A stretch of 64,000 bases of DNA from positions 24,166 to 88,165 of the IMG/VR virus record IMGVR_UViG_3300025138_000025; one strand, written 5' to 3'. A model generated the notes under the pieces. That model did not search any database. It saw nothing but the letters and a program-made list of their open reading frames with translations, and had not been told where the DNA came from. This document shows positions 17,708 to 27,167 of this stretch, piece by piece; the first letter of the stretch is position 1; each line of letters starts with the position of its first letter. Both the position numbers and the translations under genes were made by a program. This DNA is from a virus.

Positions 17708-18357
17708 ACTCCGTAGTAAACCTTAGTGGTGGACTAGAGTGTGCTGCTGCTTTATGGTATGCAGTTGAGAAAGGTTACAATCCAGTTGCGCTTCATCTAT
17801 ATAATAAACAAGGTTGGGGAGATGTTGCTGATGCTCAGCTTGCAGCTGCTCATAAACAAGCAAACCTTATGAAAGTAAGACTTCTAGTAGACGAGGCAAA
17901 TATGCCACAGAATCATAGAATACATAACTACCCAGTCTTACAGCATCAATCAGCTATATCTACTTTGATAGTAGGTAATCCAAAAGTTAGCTGGAAAGCA
18001 ATCATATGGGGAGCAAATGCAGATGACTCATGGCAACAAAGATTACAACTTAAGTTTCCATTTAGGTCATTAGCTTGTGGGTGGAGTCAGACGCTAGACC
18101 CACACGGACTAAAACCTCATCATGTGCTAAAGCTACCTACTAATGTATTTCCTTTCGAGTGGATGCAGAAGTCGGAGATTGTAGCCATGCTAATTCAGGC
18201 AAAGCCTGAGTTGTTAGATATGATTTGGTCATGCACTGGAAAGATAGTAGATAATAAACCTTGTGGAGTTTGTACAAAATGTATAGAACTTAGCTACGCC
18301 CGAAAGGTTGCGTGGAAGTCAGTCTACAAAAGACAAGAAGGAAATTTTAGAACATGA
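17680..18357 (+). CDS. QueC-like PP-loop ATPase (copy 1)
   Basis: LSGGLEC, KSEIV, WSC..PCGVCTKC zinc site. Confidence 0.8.
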   Translation: MVEEIKSNVDSVVNLSGGLECAAALWYAVEKGYNPVALHLYNKQGWGDVADAQLAAAHKQANLMKVRLLVDEANMPQNHRIHNYPVLQHQSAISTLIVGNPKVSWKAIIWGANADDSWQQRLQLKFPFRSLACGWSQTLDPHGLKPHHVLKLPTNVFPFEWMQKSEIVAMLIQAKPELLDMIWSCTGKIVDNKPCGVCTKCIELSYARKVAWKSVYKRQEGNFRT

Positions 18358-18734
18358 GCGGTGGAGTATACAACAAAACCTATTTCGAGAATCATCCTTG
18401 GGAAAAGGATAAAGAAGGAGTGCTCTATGGAGTTATCCTTGTAAACAAGGCAACATGGGAAAGAGAAACAATAAAGGTCGGCATCGCAAAAGGGCGAACA
18501 TTCAAAGACGTAGTAAAAAGAGGGCGTGGCTTTACGAACTACGACATCAGAATACAGAGAATATGGAGCGGGACGATATACGACTGCTGGAGATGGGAGC
18601 AGAAGCTACACGAGAAATATGAATTGGACAGACATAAAACAGAGCATCACTTTGGCGGACATACCGAGTGCTTTGCCATGGACTCAAAAATACTGGAGGA
18701 CTTCCCCAAGAAGCATGAAATATTTAGGGATTAG
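18354..18734 (+). CDS. GIY-YIG/T5orf172-like nuclease-fold protein
   Basis: LY..IKVGI..R..EQKLH..GHTECF. Confidence 0.7.
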   Translation: MSGGVYNKTYFENHPWEKDKEGVLYGVILVNKATWERETIKVGIAKGRTFKDVVKRGRGFTNYDIRIQRIWSGTIYDCWRWEQKLHEKYELDRHKTEHHFGGHTECFAMDSKILEDFPKKHEIFRD

Positions 18735-20043
18735 TGAAGGCTTTCACGATGCCGGAGTGGCATTAGTAAACAATAATCAGATACTGTTTGCAAGTCATGC
18801 CGAGAGGTATACTAGAGTTAAGAATGATAGATTTGTGCCTCATGCGTTAAAATATCCTCACGATGTCAGCGTATTCTATGAAGATACTAACCTAAAGAAT
18901 TTAAGAAGATTAAAGAATGGACAACGAGCAACTCTAAATGGGCATAGTTATGATAAGTATGTAGGACACCATGAGAGTCATATGGCAGCAGGATATTATA
19001 CTGCCCCTTTTAAAGATGATGTAGTATGCGTTGTAATAGATGCAATCGGTGAGTATGATACAGCAAGTATTTGGAAAGATGGTGAGAAGGTATGGAGCAA
19101 AACATATCCAGACTCACTAGGATTATTCTATAGTGCTATCACGAAACGCATAGGATTAAAACCAAACGAAGATGAATACATAACAATGGGTATGGCAGCG
19201 TATGGAACGCCTTGTGTAGATATGGGAGACATAATGCACACAAATCTGCACAAAGGAATACCATTAAAGAAATGGTTTTGGAATACACCTGAAGACATAG
19301 CCGCTTCAGCACAGTTGTTTATCGAAAGCGAGATACTAGATATCATGCGTAAGGCTAGAGAGTACGGAAGTAAATTAGTTTATGGAGGTGGAGTAGCATT
19401 AAACTGCGTGGCAAATTCAAAAGTAAGACCATTGTTTGATGATATGTGGATATTTCCAAGCCCAGGAGATGCTGGGAGTTCGCTAGGAGCAGTCTTAGCG
19501 TATACAAAGCAAAGAATAGAATATAAAGATTGCTTTCATGGATATAATATAGAAAGAGAATTAAATCCAATAAAAGTAGTTGAAGAATTAATAAATAATA
19601 AAGTAGCAGGAGTAGCAAATGGAAAAGCAGAATTTGGGCCTCGTGCACTTGGTAATAGGAGTCTGCTTGGTGATGTGCGTTACGACATTAAAGATACAGT
19701 TAATGCCATTAAACGCAGACAGAAGTTTCGCCCTTTCGCACCAGCGATTTTGGAGGAGTTTGTAGATGAATACTTTGAAGGATACACTAATGAGTATATG
19801 CAGTTTACTTCTCAGGCTAAGCATGATTTTAACTCGATCACCCACGTCGATGGAAGTGCCAGAGTCCAAGTCGTTAGAGCTAACTCTAAGTCAGCATTAC
19901 GACCTATTTTAGAAGAATACTATGAAGTTACCAAAGTGCCGATGTTGTTAAATACAAGTTTAAATATAAAAGGACAGCCCATGGTTAATACTTGGGATGA
20001 GGCATTAGATTTTCAACACAAGTATGGAGTAAAAGTATTTTGA
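18715..20043 (+). CDS. carbamoyltransferase (NodU/CmcH family)
   Basis: HDAG, ER..R.K, HH.SH, DAIGE, GGVALNC, EFGPRALGNRS, FRPFAP, NTSLN; start moved to ATG 18715. Confidence 0.95.
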   Translation: MKYLGISEGFHDAGVALVNNNQILFASHAERYTRVKNDRFVPHALKYPHDVSVFYEDTNLKNLRRLKNGQRATLNGHSYDKYVGHHESHMAAGYYTAPFKDDVVCVVIDAIGEYDTASIWKDGEKVWSKTYPDSLGLFYSAITKRIGLKPNEDEYITMGMAAYGTPCVDMGDIMHTNLHKGIPLKKWFWNTPEDIAASAQLFIESEILDIMRKAREYGSKLVYGGGVALNCVANSKVRPLFDDMWIFPSPGDAGSSLGAVLAYTKQRIEYKDCFHGYNIERELNPIKVVEELINNKVAGVANGKAEFGPRALGNRSLLGDVRYDIKDTVNAIKRRQKFRPFAPAILEEFVDEYFEGYTNEYMQFTSQAKHDFNSITHVDGSARVQVVRANSKSALRPILEEYYEVTKVPMLLNTSLNIKGQPMVNTWDEALDFQHKYGVKVF

Positions 20044-20879
20044 TTTATTGGAATGGATGTAGCTTTGTGCAAGGTATGGAAGTCGCTAAGATTAGAGACC
20101 AGTTTGTATCATTAGTTTCTAATGAATTTAATCAGAACTGGATTAGACATTCTAAAGTTGGCGGAAGTAATGATAGAATACTTAGATGTATTATAGATGA
20201 CTTCTGTAATCACAGTAAAGGTATATTGGGTAAGGCATACAATTCTAGTAATAGAGATACTGATATTTTAGAGTATGATACTGATGGGAATAAAGCAGAT
20301 TTGGTTATTATACTTTGGTCTGGAATAAACAGAATGGAATACCTAAATCCTAATACTAAAACTTGGAGACAATCGGCTTGGATTAGACATCGTATGGCTC
20401 CTAGATACCCCTACAAACTATCAGCCGATTCACACATACACTACCACCCAGACATGACAAGAAGTATGCATAGCGGACTAGAAGGATATGCTAAGGATGT
20501 TCGTTTTGGAACGTACAACCTATTACAAAGTTTAAATTATATGATTTCAGTAAAGTACATATTAGAATCAAAAGGAATACCTTACTTGTTCTATAACTTA
20601 AGTGATGGGCAGATAAACCCAGTCAAAAAGTCAATAGACGATAAAAGATTTGAAGGCGCAAATATTACTTGGCATAATCATCAACTAAATTGGGCACAGT
20701 ATTGTAAAGAGTTACCTCACCTAGAAGGAGAGGGCTTTTATGATATGTGCAAAAGAAACGATGTGCCATTTGGACCAAAAGACCATCCCTTAGAGGAAGG
20801 AAATAGGTTAATGGCAAACAGAATTATAAAGGATATATATGATAAAAAATTCGATAAAGTCTTTAGTAAAGAAAATTAA
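20040..20879 (+). CDS. SGNH-hydrolase-like protein
   Basis: NGCSF, GGSN.RI, WS..R.E, C-terminal HP..G. Confidence 0.65.
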   Translation: MIYWNGCSFVQGMEVAKIRDQFVSLVSNEFNQNWIRHSKVGGSNDRILRCIIDDFCNHSKGILGKAYNSSNRDTDILEYDTDGNKADLVIILWSGINRMEYLNPNTKTWRQSAWIRHRMAPRYPYKLSADSHIHYHPDMTRSMHSGLEGYAKDVRFGTYNLLQSLNYMISVKYILESKGIPYLFYNLSDGQINPVKKSIDDKRFEGANITWHNHQLNWAQYCKELPHLEGEGFYDMCKRNDVPFGPKDHPLEEGNRLMANRIIKDIYDKKFDKVFSKEN

Positions 20880-20993
20880 AGCACTATGGTTTCAACTTAG
20901 AAATCGAAACAAGTACATAGAAGATACTCACATCTATGAGGACTAATAATTACTCTGATGTGAAGTTTGGGTGTACCAAACAAAAAATAGTTC

Positions 20994-21022
20994 TTGACAG
21001 ATGCCCAAACTTTTTGTATAAT
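20994..21022 (+). promoter_or_regulatory. sigma70-type promoter for ligase B-D5
   Basis: AAAAAATAGTTC-TTGACA-N17-TATAAT. Confidence 0.9.
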
Positions 21023-21051
21023 ATATTATATATTTAGAAAGGAAACCGTAA

Positions 21052-21807
21052 GTGAAACAAATTATACCACCAACTAACTGTCCTTGTTGTGACTCTACAT
21101 TAGAGTTCATTAACGACCAGTTATTTTGCAAGAACACTCAGTGTTCTGCACAGTGGGATAAAAAAGTAGTTAACTTCGCTTCCACACTAAAGATAAAAGG
21201 GCTTGGACCTGCAGCAATTACAAAGCTGAATATCCAAGACTACGCTGAATTATATGAATTAACTGTAGAAGATTTGCAGTCAAGACTAGGTTCAGTTAGA
21301 TTAGGAGAGAAACTCTTTATAGAGATTCAGAACTCAGAATCGTTGCCGTTGGTTAAGATACTACCATCGTTTTCGATTCCGCTTATCGGTCGTACAGCTT
21401 CTCAAAAATTATGCAATAGTATATCTCATATTGAAGATATCAGCGAGAAAACATGTAGCGAAGCGGGACTCGGTCCGAAAGCAACTGCTAATCTAATTAA
21501 CTGGTTAGAAACTGAATATTACCCCAATGACTACAACAACAGCCTACCTTTCAACTGGAATAATAAAATAGTAGAAAAGACAAAGGTTTCAGGTGTTGTT
21601 TGTATTAGTGGTAGACTAAAAAGTTATAAAACTAAAGCTCATGCAGAGCAAGTGCTTAGTCAATATGGATTTGTCGTAAAATCAAGTCTGACAAAAGACG
21701 TGACCCATTTGGTAAATGAGTCTGGAGTCGAGTCAGCAAAAACACAGACAGCTCGTGAACGAGGTGTCGTAATTATAACCAACCTAAAACATTTATTAGA
21801 GGATTAA
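21052..21807 (+). CDS. ligB: NAD-dependent DNA ligase, subunit B (Zn finger, HhH, BRCT)
   Basis: PTNCPCC..C....C, IKGLG, GLGP, VCISG..THLV. Confidence 0.92.
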   Translation: MKQIIPPTNCPCCDSTLEFINDQLFCKNTQCSAQWDKKVVNFASTLKIKGLGPAAITKLNIQDYAELYELTVEDLQSRLGSVRLGEKLFIEIQNSESLPLVKILPSFSIPLIGRTASQKLCNSISHIEDISEKTCSEAGLGPKATANLINWLETEYYPNDYNNSLPFNWNNKIVEKTKVSGVVCISGRLKSYKTKAHAEQVLSQYGFVVKSSLTKDVTHLVNESGVESAKTQTARERGVVIITNLKHLLED

Positions 21808-21811
21808 TCAA

Positions 21812-22528
21812 ATGGCATTACCAAAATGGACAGACGAAAGAACATCAGAATTGACTTCTTTTGTCGGTGACGAAAGCCCTGTATCACAGGCAACTGTAGC
21901 AACTGCTGCAGAACAACTAGAAACTTCAGTAAGAAGTGTATCTAGTAAACTAAGAAAAATGGGTTTTGATGTAGAACTAGCTTCAGCATCAGCAACTAAA
22001 TCTTTCTCAGATGAGCAAGAAGCTACTTTAAGTAACTTTGTAACAGATAACTCTGGTTCATACACATATGCAGATATCGCTGCAAACTTTGAAGGCGGAC
22101 ACTTTAGTGCAAAGTCTATTCAAGGAAAAATTCTTTCTATGCAGTTAACAGAACATGTTAAACCTGCTCCTAAAGTTGAGACTGTTAAGTCTTACAACGA
22201 GGAAGAAGAAAGCCAATTCGTTTCAATGGTAAACGACGGAGCTTTCATTGAAGATATAGCTGAAGGACTTGGTAGAAGTGTAAACTCTATCAGAGGAAAA
22301 GCTTTATCACTTCTTAGAGCTGGGGAAATCAACGCGATTCCTAAGCAAAAAGAAACTAAAGGTTCAAGCAAAGCTGATCCTTTAGCAGACCTAGACATCG
22401 ATGGTATGACTGTCGACTCTATTGCTGATACAATCGGCAAAACAGTAAGAGGCGTGAAAACAATGCTTACTAGAAGAGGTCTACAATGTGCTGATTACAA
22501 TGGCGCAGCTAAAAAAGAAATAGGTTAA
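21812..22528 (+). CDS. T5 D5-like DNA-binding protein
   Basis: Repeated HTH units RSVSSKLRKMG, NSIRGKALSL, RGVKTMLTRRG; synteny ligB-D5-D6. Confidence 0.88.
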   Translation: MALPKWTDERTSELTSFVGDESPVSQATVATAAEQLETSVRSVSSKLRKMGFDVELASASATKSFSDEQEATLSNFVTDNSGSYTYADIAANFEGGHFSAKSIQGKILSMQLTEHVKPAPKVETVKSYNEEEESQFVSMVNDGAFIEDIAEGLGRSVNSIRGKALSLLRAGEINAIPKQKETKGSSKADPLADLDIDGMTVDSIADTIGKTVRGVKTMLTRRGLQCADYNGAAKKEIG

Positions 22529-22546
22529 TCTAACCTTTTCACCTTC

Positions 22547-22577
22547 GCGAGAGGCTCTACGGAGCCTTTCGTATCTT
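22547..22577 (+). terminator. hairpin / probable terminator after D5
   Basis: GCGAGAGGCTC-TACG-GAGCCTTTCGT; weak T tail. Confidence 0.6.
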
Positions 22578-22608
22578 ATAACCACTAAATTGTCTTGGGA
22601 GATTCAAT

Positions 22609-23976
22609 TTGACACTAGAAAGTGCATTACTGAAGCAAATCTTGTCGCTTGGCGATTTTGATACTTGGAACGGTTTAAAACAACATTATTTTCCTGAAGG
22701 AGAATACCGCAAAATATGGGGTATTGTTGATAAACATGTAGCAAAGTATAAAAATCTACCAACATTCGAAGAACTAAAACTAGAAGTTCGTTCTTCTGAA
22801 TTACAAGAGAAAATATACGCTATCGAAACTGTTGAGACAGATGTCGATGCAGACCTATTGCTAGATTATCTCAAGAATCAATTTACCCAATCAGAAATAC
22901 TAGGCTCAATCGAGTCGTATGTAGAAAACCAAATCGCAATATCAGACGCTAGAGAGAACATTGATTTACTTCAAGAGATAGTTGTGTCTGTAGAAGATAA
23001 AGTAGATACTCAAGATGCAAATGAGAGTATGGAAACGATTGAGTTGTTTGATGATGACGAGGCTTATAAGAAACGAATTACTTTAGGATTGAATCAAGAC
23101 TTCGACCTAGAGTACTCATTCAAATCAGACGAGCTTGTATTACTTGGTGCTAAGTCAGGTGGTGGTAAGTCTCTCGTTTGTTGTAATGTTGCTAGTACAG
23201 TACGAAAACAAGGTCGTAGTGCTTTATACTTTACAATAGAAATGAGTAGTAAAGATATTCTACAAAGAATAGTAGCAATCGAAACCGAAGTAGATGCTAA
23301 TAGATTGATACATCAGAATCTAGAACCACATGAATGGAACAAAGTAGGAGAATGGTGGGCAGGCAGATTTGTAGATGGAGAAGAAGTATTATCTAAGTAT
23401 GATAACTTAGAAAAAGCTAACTTCAAAGAGTTCCATAAAGAATTAGTCAGAAATAAAATTGACTACAGTAAACCACAAATAGAAATTTATTACGACCCAG
23501 CTCTCACCACAGCAAAAATTGCTAGTGTTGTGAGACAGAATTTAGCTAAGTTACATAATCCAGGTGTTATTATTATAGATTACTTAAACCAAGTAAAAAG
23601 AACTAACAATGTAAAAGCAGGTCAGTATGACTGGACAGAACAGATAGAGATATCTAAATATTTTAAACAGTTGGCACAGGAGTATGACACAACTACTGTT
23701 ACAGCGATTCAAACGAAAGCAGATGGTTCTGCTAAATTTTCAACCAATGTCGATAATGCTGTAGATGCCTTCTATAGTATTGACCATTTTGACCAGTCGG
23801 ATGCAATGAAGTTCTCTTGTAAGAAAAGAAGAAACGCAAGAGTTGTAGGCTTCACGAGTGAGATGAATTGGAGTACACTAAAGGTTGGACCTCACACTGC
23901 GTTAGACCCAGACGAGAAAGCTGAGATAAAAGAAACTATGGGAACAGGAGAAAAGGTAGATGATGTACCTTGGTAA
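22609..23976 (+). CDS. replicative DnaB-like helicase (T5 D6)
   Basis: Walker A GAKSGGGKS, FTIEM, IIDYLN. Confidence 0.92.
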   Translation: MTLESALLKQILSLGDFDTWNGLKQHYFPEGEYRKIWGIVDKHVAKYKNLPTFEELKLEVRSSELQEKIYAIETVETDVDADLLLDYLKNQFTQSEILGSIESYVENQIAISDARENIDLLQEIVVSVEDKVDTQDANESMETIELFDDDEAYKKRITLGLNQDFDLEYSFKSDELVLLGAKSGGGKSLVCCNVASTVRKQGRSALYFTIEMSSKDILQRIVAIETEVDANRLIHQNLEPHEWNKVGEWWAGRFVDGEEVLSKYDNLEKANFKEFHKELVRNKIDYSKPQIEIYYDPALTTAKIASVVRQNLAKLHNPGVIIIDYLNQVKRTNNVKAGQYDWTEQIEISKYFKQLAQEYDTTTVTAIQTKADGSAKFSTNVDNAVDAFYSIDHFDQSDAMKFSCKKRRNARVVGFTSEMNWSTLKVGPHTALDPDEKAEIKETMGTGEKVDDVPW

Positions 23977-24130
23977 CAGATGATATTATATACAGAAGAA
24001 CAACTAATGATTGCATACACTCGACATTTAAGAGAAGTGCAAAAACTACAACATGTCCCAATGCCTACATATGAAGAATTTAGATTAATCTATGAAGATG
24101 AATGGACACAAAGATACAAGGAGATGAACG

Positions 24131-25768
24131 ATGGCTAAAAAAGATGCAACACTAATAATGAAAGAAGTAAAAGCTGGAGGCACTTTCAGAGCCTTACAAG
24201 AAGCAAAAAAGCGGATAGATAGAAAACAATGTGCATTATTATTCTGTCAAAACAGTATAGATATTAAGAATCAAGAGATAGCAGCAGCAATAAAAGTAGG
24301 CATACCAAAACAAGATATTATAGATGTTACAGAGTTAAACAGTTGGAAAACTAAAGACTTTCTAAATGAAAATAGTTGGAGAGGAAAACTTTTTATATGT
24401 AATAAAAATCAAGTTTACTACCAACCACTCATGGCTTTAGCACCAAGTATTTTTCCTAATGCTCTTAGAATACTAGATGAGTATGATGTGGAAAATACCG
24501 GTCATACAGATGGATTACTAGAAGCTATAGAAAATATAAAACAAGGTAAAAGTACTAAATATTCTCAAATAGACCAAGGTCTGCTAAATATAATTGGTGA
24601 GCACGATGAAGATAATCTATGGTTAGTAAGTGCTACACATTCGGCTGGGCTTATTTCTAACTGGTCTTTTAAAGTTATAGAACTAGACCCCTGGCACGCT
24701 AACTATAAAGGTATGAAAGATCATAAAGAAGTAGAAGTAGCAAACCCAACAATGAGTACTTTACTAGAAAATGCAGAGCTCACAGGAGCAATAAGAGATT
24801 ATGTATTAAAAGCTACAACAAAATATAAACTACTAATAAATACAACAAAAAGAGTAAATAGTGGTGAATCAGAGATAGTAACTCATGCCAGGATAGCTGC
24901 TGCTTGTAGAGCATTAGGAAAGATAGCAATAGAAGTAAACGGCAGCAACCCATATGACTCAGCAAAATGGGATGAAGCAGAAATAGTAATAGGAGGAGCA
25001 GTTTTTGATAGAACTTTTGAAGCAAGAGAAGTATACACACAAATCACTGCATATAGTAGTACTGGATGGTATGGCTCAATAGAGCAACAAGAAAGGCTTT
25101 GCGGTGTAAAAGATGACCCAGATTATCAAACTGTACTTATACTTTCAGAGGATGACATAAAGAAAAGAAAAGAAGTATTAAGAGTAAAAGAATTAATTAC
25201 TCCTGAACTTATGGAAATGACTTGGGAAGAAAGAAAAGATAAGCTTCCTGACTTTGTGATGAATCCTTACCCAGGAAATAAAAATAATGGTGGAAAATTA
25301 ACTCGTAAAAATAATAATAATTATGAAGCATTAGTTAATTTAAAGGTACTACCCAATGGCAAACCTGACTTGAGTGAATTTAGACAAAAAGCAACAATAT
25401 TATCAGAGTTTAGATTAGATGATGGCAAACCTGACGGCACTGGATTAAGTATGAGAGATATGCACGGTTATGGAAATAAATGCTCTATAGATATTGCAAC
25501 ATCAAAAAGAAGTGCAGGGGAAGTAAAACTTCGTTTAGAAGCGAATAAAAAGAATAATTTGGGATTAGCAGAGGGAACAAGAATCTCAAACTATAATAAG
25601 TTTATTCTAGGAACAAGAGAGGAGAGGCTAAGAAGAGTAGAAGAGCTGCCTAAGGAGTTATTTCTAGATGCTCAATTTGATAAAGAATATCAATGGTACA
25701 CAGTTTATACAAAGAAAAATACAACAGGAACAAGACAATATATAAAAGAGGAAAATTATGGCGGATGA
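24131..25768 (+). CDS. 545-aa protein with divergent SF2/Z1-type helicase-like motifs
   Basis: ILDEYD, VSAT, IGG..FDRTF, QQERLCG in helicase order; Walker A appears degenerate (EVKAGGT). Confidence 0.45.
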   Translation: MAKKDATLIMKEVKAGGTFRALQEAKKRIDRKQCALLFCQNSIDIKNQEIAAAIKVGIPKQDIIDVTELNSWKTKDFLNENSWRGKLFICNKNQVYYQPLMALAPSIFPNALRILDEYDVENTGHTDGLLEAIENIKQGKSTKYSQIDQGLLNIIGEHDEDNLWLVSATHSAGLISNWSFKVIELDPWHANYKGMKDHKEVEVANPTMSTLLENAELTGAIRDYVLKATTKYKLLINTTKRVNSGESEIVTHARIAAACRALGKIAIEVNGSNPYDSAKWDEAEIVIGGAVFDRTFEAREVYTQITAYSSTGWYGSIEQQERLCGVKDDPDYQTVLILSEDDIKKRKEVLRVKELITPELMEMTWEERKDKLPDFVMNPYPGNKNNGGKLTRKNNNNYEALVNLKVLPNGKPDLSEFRQKATILSEFRLDDGKPDGTGLSMRDMHGYGNKCSIDIATSKRSAGEVKLRLEANKKNNLGLAEGTRISNYNKFILGTREERLRRVEELPKELFLDAQFDKEYQWYTVYTKKNTTGTRQYIKEENYGG

Positions 25769-26255
25769 TAGAGTAAGTAGAGAAACTGCTGAGATTATAC
25801 CTCTCCCACCACACACATGGTATGTAAAAACCGTTGGCTGGATGCTAGAACAAGCAAAAGTAAAAGAGAATATAGAAAATGTTCCACCCAACGAACCATT
25901 AACAAACAGTCTGAGGCAGCATGGAATCAAATCTCCCATTCTATGCATGCCCAACTGGTACCCCATTGCCGGCTCTCAAAGAATGAGAGCCGCGGTGGAC
26001 TTACCTGAGATACACAACCAAGAAATAAGAGTCTGCCGCTTCGATCAGGAGTGGTGGCTTTTATATTATCTATGGGGAGATACAGATTTTAGAGACAAAT
26101 CCATAGCAGTCTGGTTCCAGATGGCAGAACTAGTATGGAAGTCTAGATACTATGAACATGAGGTTGACCCAAGTGGTATGGACATGAGAGAGTTCGAGCG
26201 CATTGGAGATAAACTAAAATGGAAACATAACAAAGACGACGATAAGTGGAAATAA
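25758..26255 (+). CDS. ParB/Srx-like domain protein
   Basis: SLRQHGIKSPI..IAGSQRMRAA. Confidence 0.6.
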   Translation: MADDRVSRETAEIIPLPPHTWYVKTVGWMLEQAKVKENIENVPPNEPLTNSLRQHGIKSPILCMPNWYPIAGSQRMRAAVDLPEIHNQEIRVCRFDQEWWLLYYLWGDTDFRDKSIAVWFQMAELVWKSRYYEHEVDPSGMDMREFERIGDKLKWKHNKDDDKWK

Positions 26256-26279
26256 TAAGTCACATACCAAAAATAATTC

Positions 26280-26308
26280 TTGACACGGGGTTAAAAAATT
26301 GGTATAAT
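26280..26308 (+). promoter_or_regulatory. sigma70-type promoter for primase
   Basis: AAAAATAATTC-TTGACA-N17-TATAAT; 10 A/T nt to ATG, no SD. Confidence 0.9.
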
Positions 26309-26318
26309 ATATATAATT

Positions 26319-27167
26319 ATGACAGCAGAAGAACTATTACAAGAGAAAGGATTAGCGTATCAGCTTAGCGGTAAAGACGCTAAAGTTTGTTGTCTAAACC
26401 CAGAACATGATGACTCAAATCCGTCAATGAGAATTGATAGAATTACTGGAGTCTTCAACTGTTTTTCCTGTGGTTTTAAAGGTAATTTGTTTACGTACTT
26501 TGGAGCACCTTCTAGCCCTTTAGAAGTGAGGCTCCATCGTATTCGTGAAGCAATAACGAAAGTCAAGTCTCAAACAGTAGGTATTCAATTACCTAAGGAG
26601 AGAATAAGATGGTCAGGTGGACCGCTCAGAAATATCTCAGAGGATACTCTAAAGATATGGGATGCGTTTACTTGGAACACTCCTAAGTTTGAAGGCAGAA
26701 TTGTCTTTCCAATCAGAAACATCACAGGAAAAACTGTTGCCTTAATCGGAAGATTAATCAGTGAAGCAGGTATGGGACAATCGAAGTACTATATCTATCC
26801 TGGCGGGGCGGAAATGCCCTTTTGCCCTGCTAAGGTAAAACCAATACAAAACAGAGTAATTCTAGTTGAAGGCATATTTGATGCCCTTAACTTATGGGAC
26901 AAAGGTCTTAAGAATACTGTCTGTTGTTTTGGTACGCAACAAATAAATTGGGTAAAACTATCCTTACTAAAAATGCAAGGCGTACAAGGAGTAGACATCA
27001 TGTTTGATGGAGACGAAGCAGGTAGCAGAGCTGCAGAAGCAGCCAAAGGTCTAGCTGAGAAACTTGATATGTCAGCAAGGATAGTAACTTTACCACCTAA
27101 CACAGATCCTGGTAACTTAAATCGTGACCAGATAGAAAGACTTAAAAAGAAATTGTATGGCGAATAA
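26319..27167 (+). CDS. DNA primase (CHC2 Zn finger + TOPRIM)
   Basis: C..H.D..PS..CFSC, EG.FD, FDGD.AG, DPG. Confidence 0.95.
   Translation: MTAEELLQEKGLAYQLSGKDAKVCCLNPEHDDSNPSMRIDRITGVFNCFSCGFKGNLFTYFGAPSSPLEVRLHRIREAITKVKSQTVGIQLPKERIRWSGGPLRNISEDTLKIWDAFTWNTPKFEGRIVFPIRNITGKTVALIGRLISEAGMGQSKYYIYPGGAEMPFCPAKVKPIQNRVILVEGIFDALNLWDKGLKNTVCCFGTQQINWVKLSLLKMQGVQGVDIMFDGDEAGSRAAEAAKGLAEKLDMSARIVTLPPNTDPGNLNRDQIERLKKKLYGE

Noticed and set aside
17680-18357. 7-deazaguanine DNA modification pathway
   Set aside because: No folE, queD or dpdA/TGT in the window; the neighbouring radical SAM has a SPASM-type tail unlike QueE; PP-loop is non-canonical. Not excluded for the rest of the genome.
18526-18714. 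N-terminal extensions from the ORF track (also 5355, 8547, 16907, 40981, 4298)
   Set aside because: They overlap upstream genes or hairpins; family motifs or SD sites point to the later starts.
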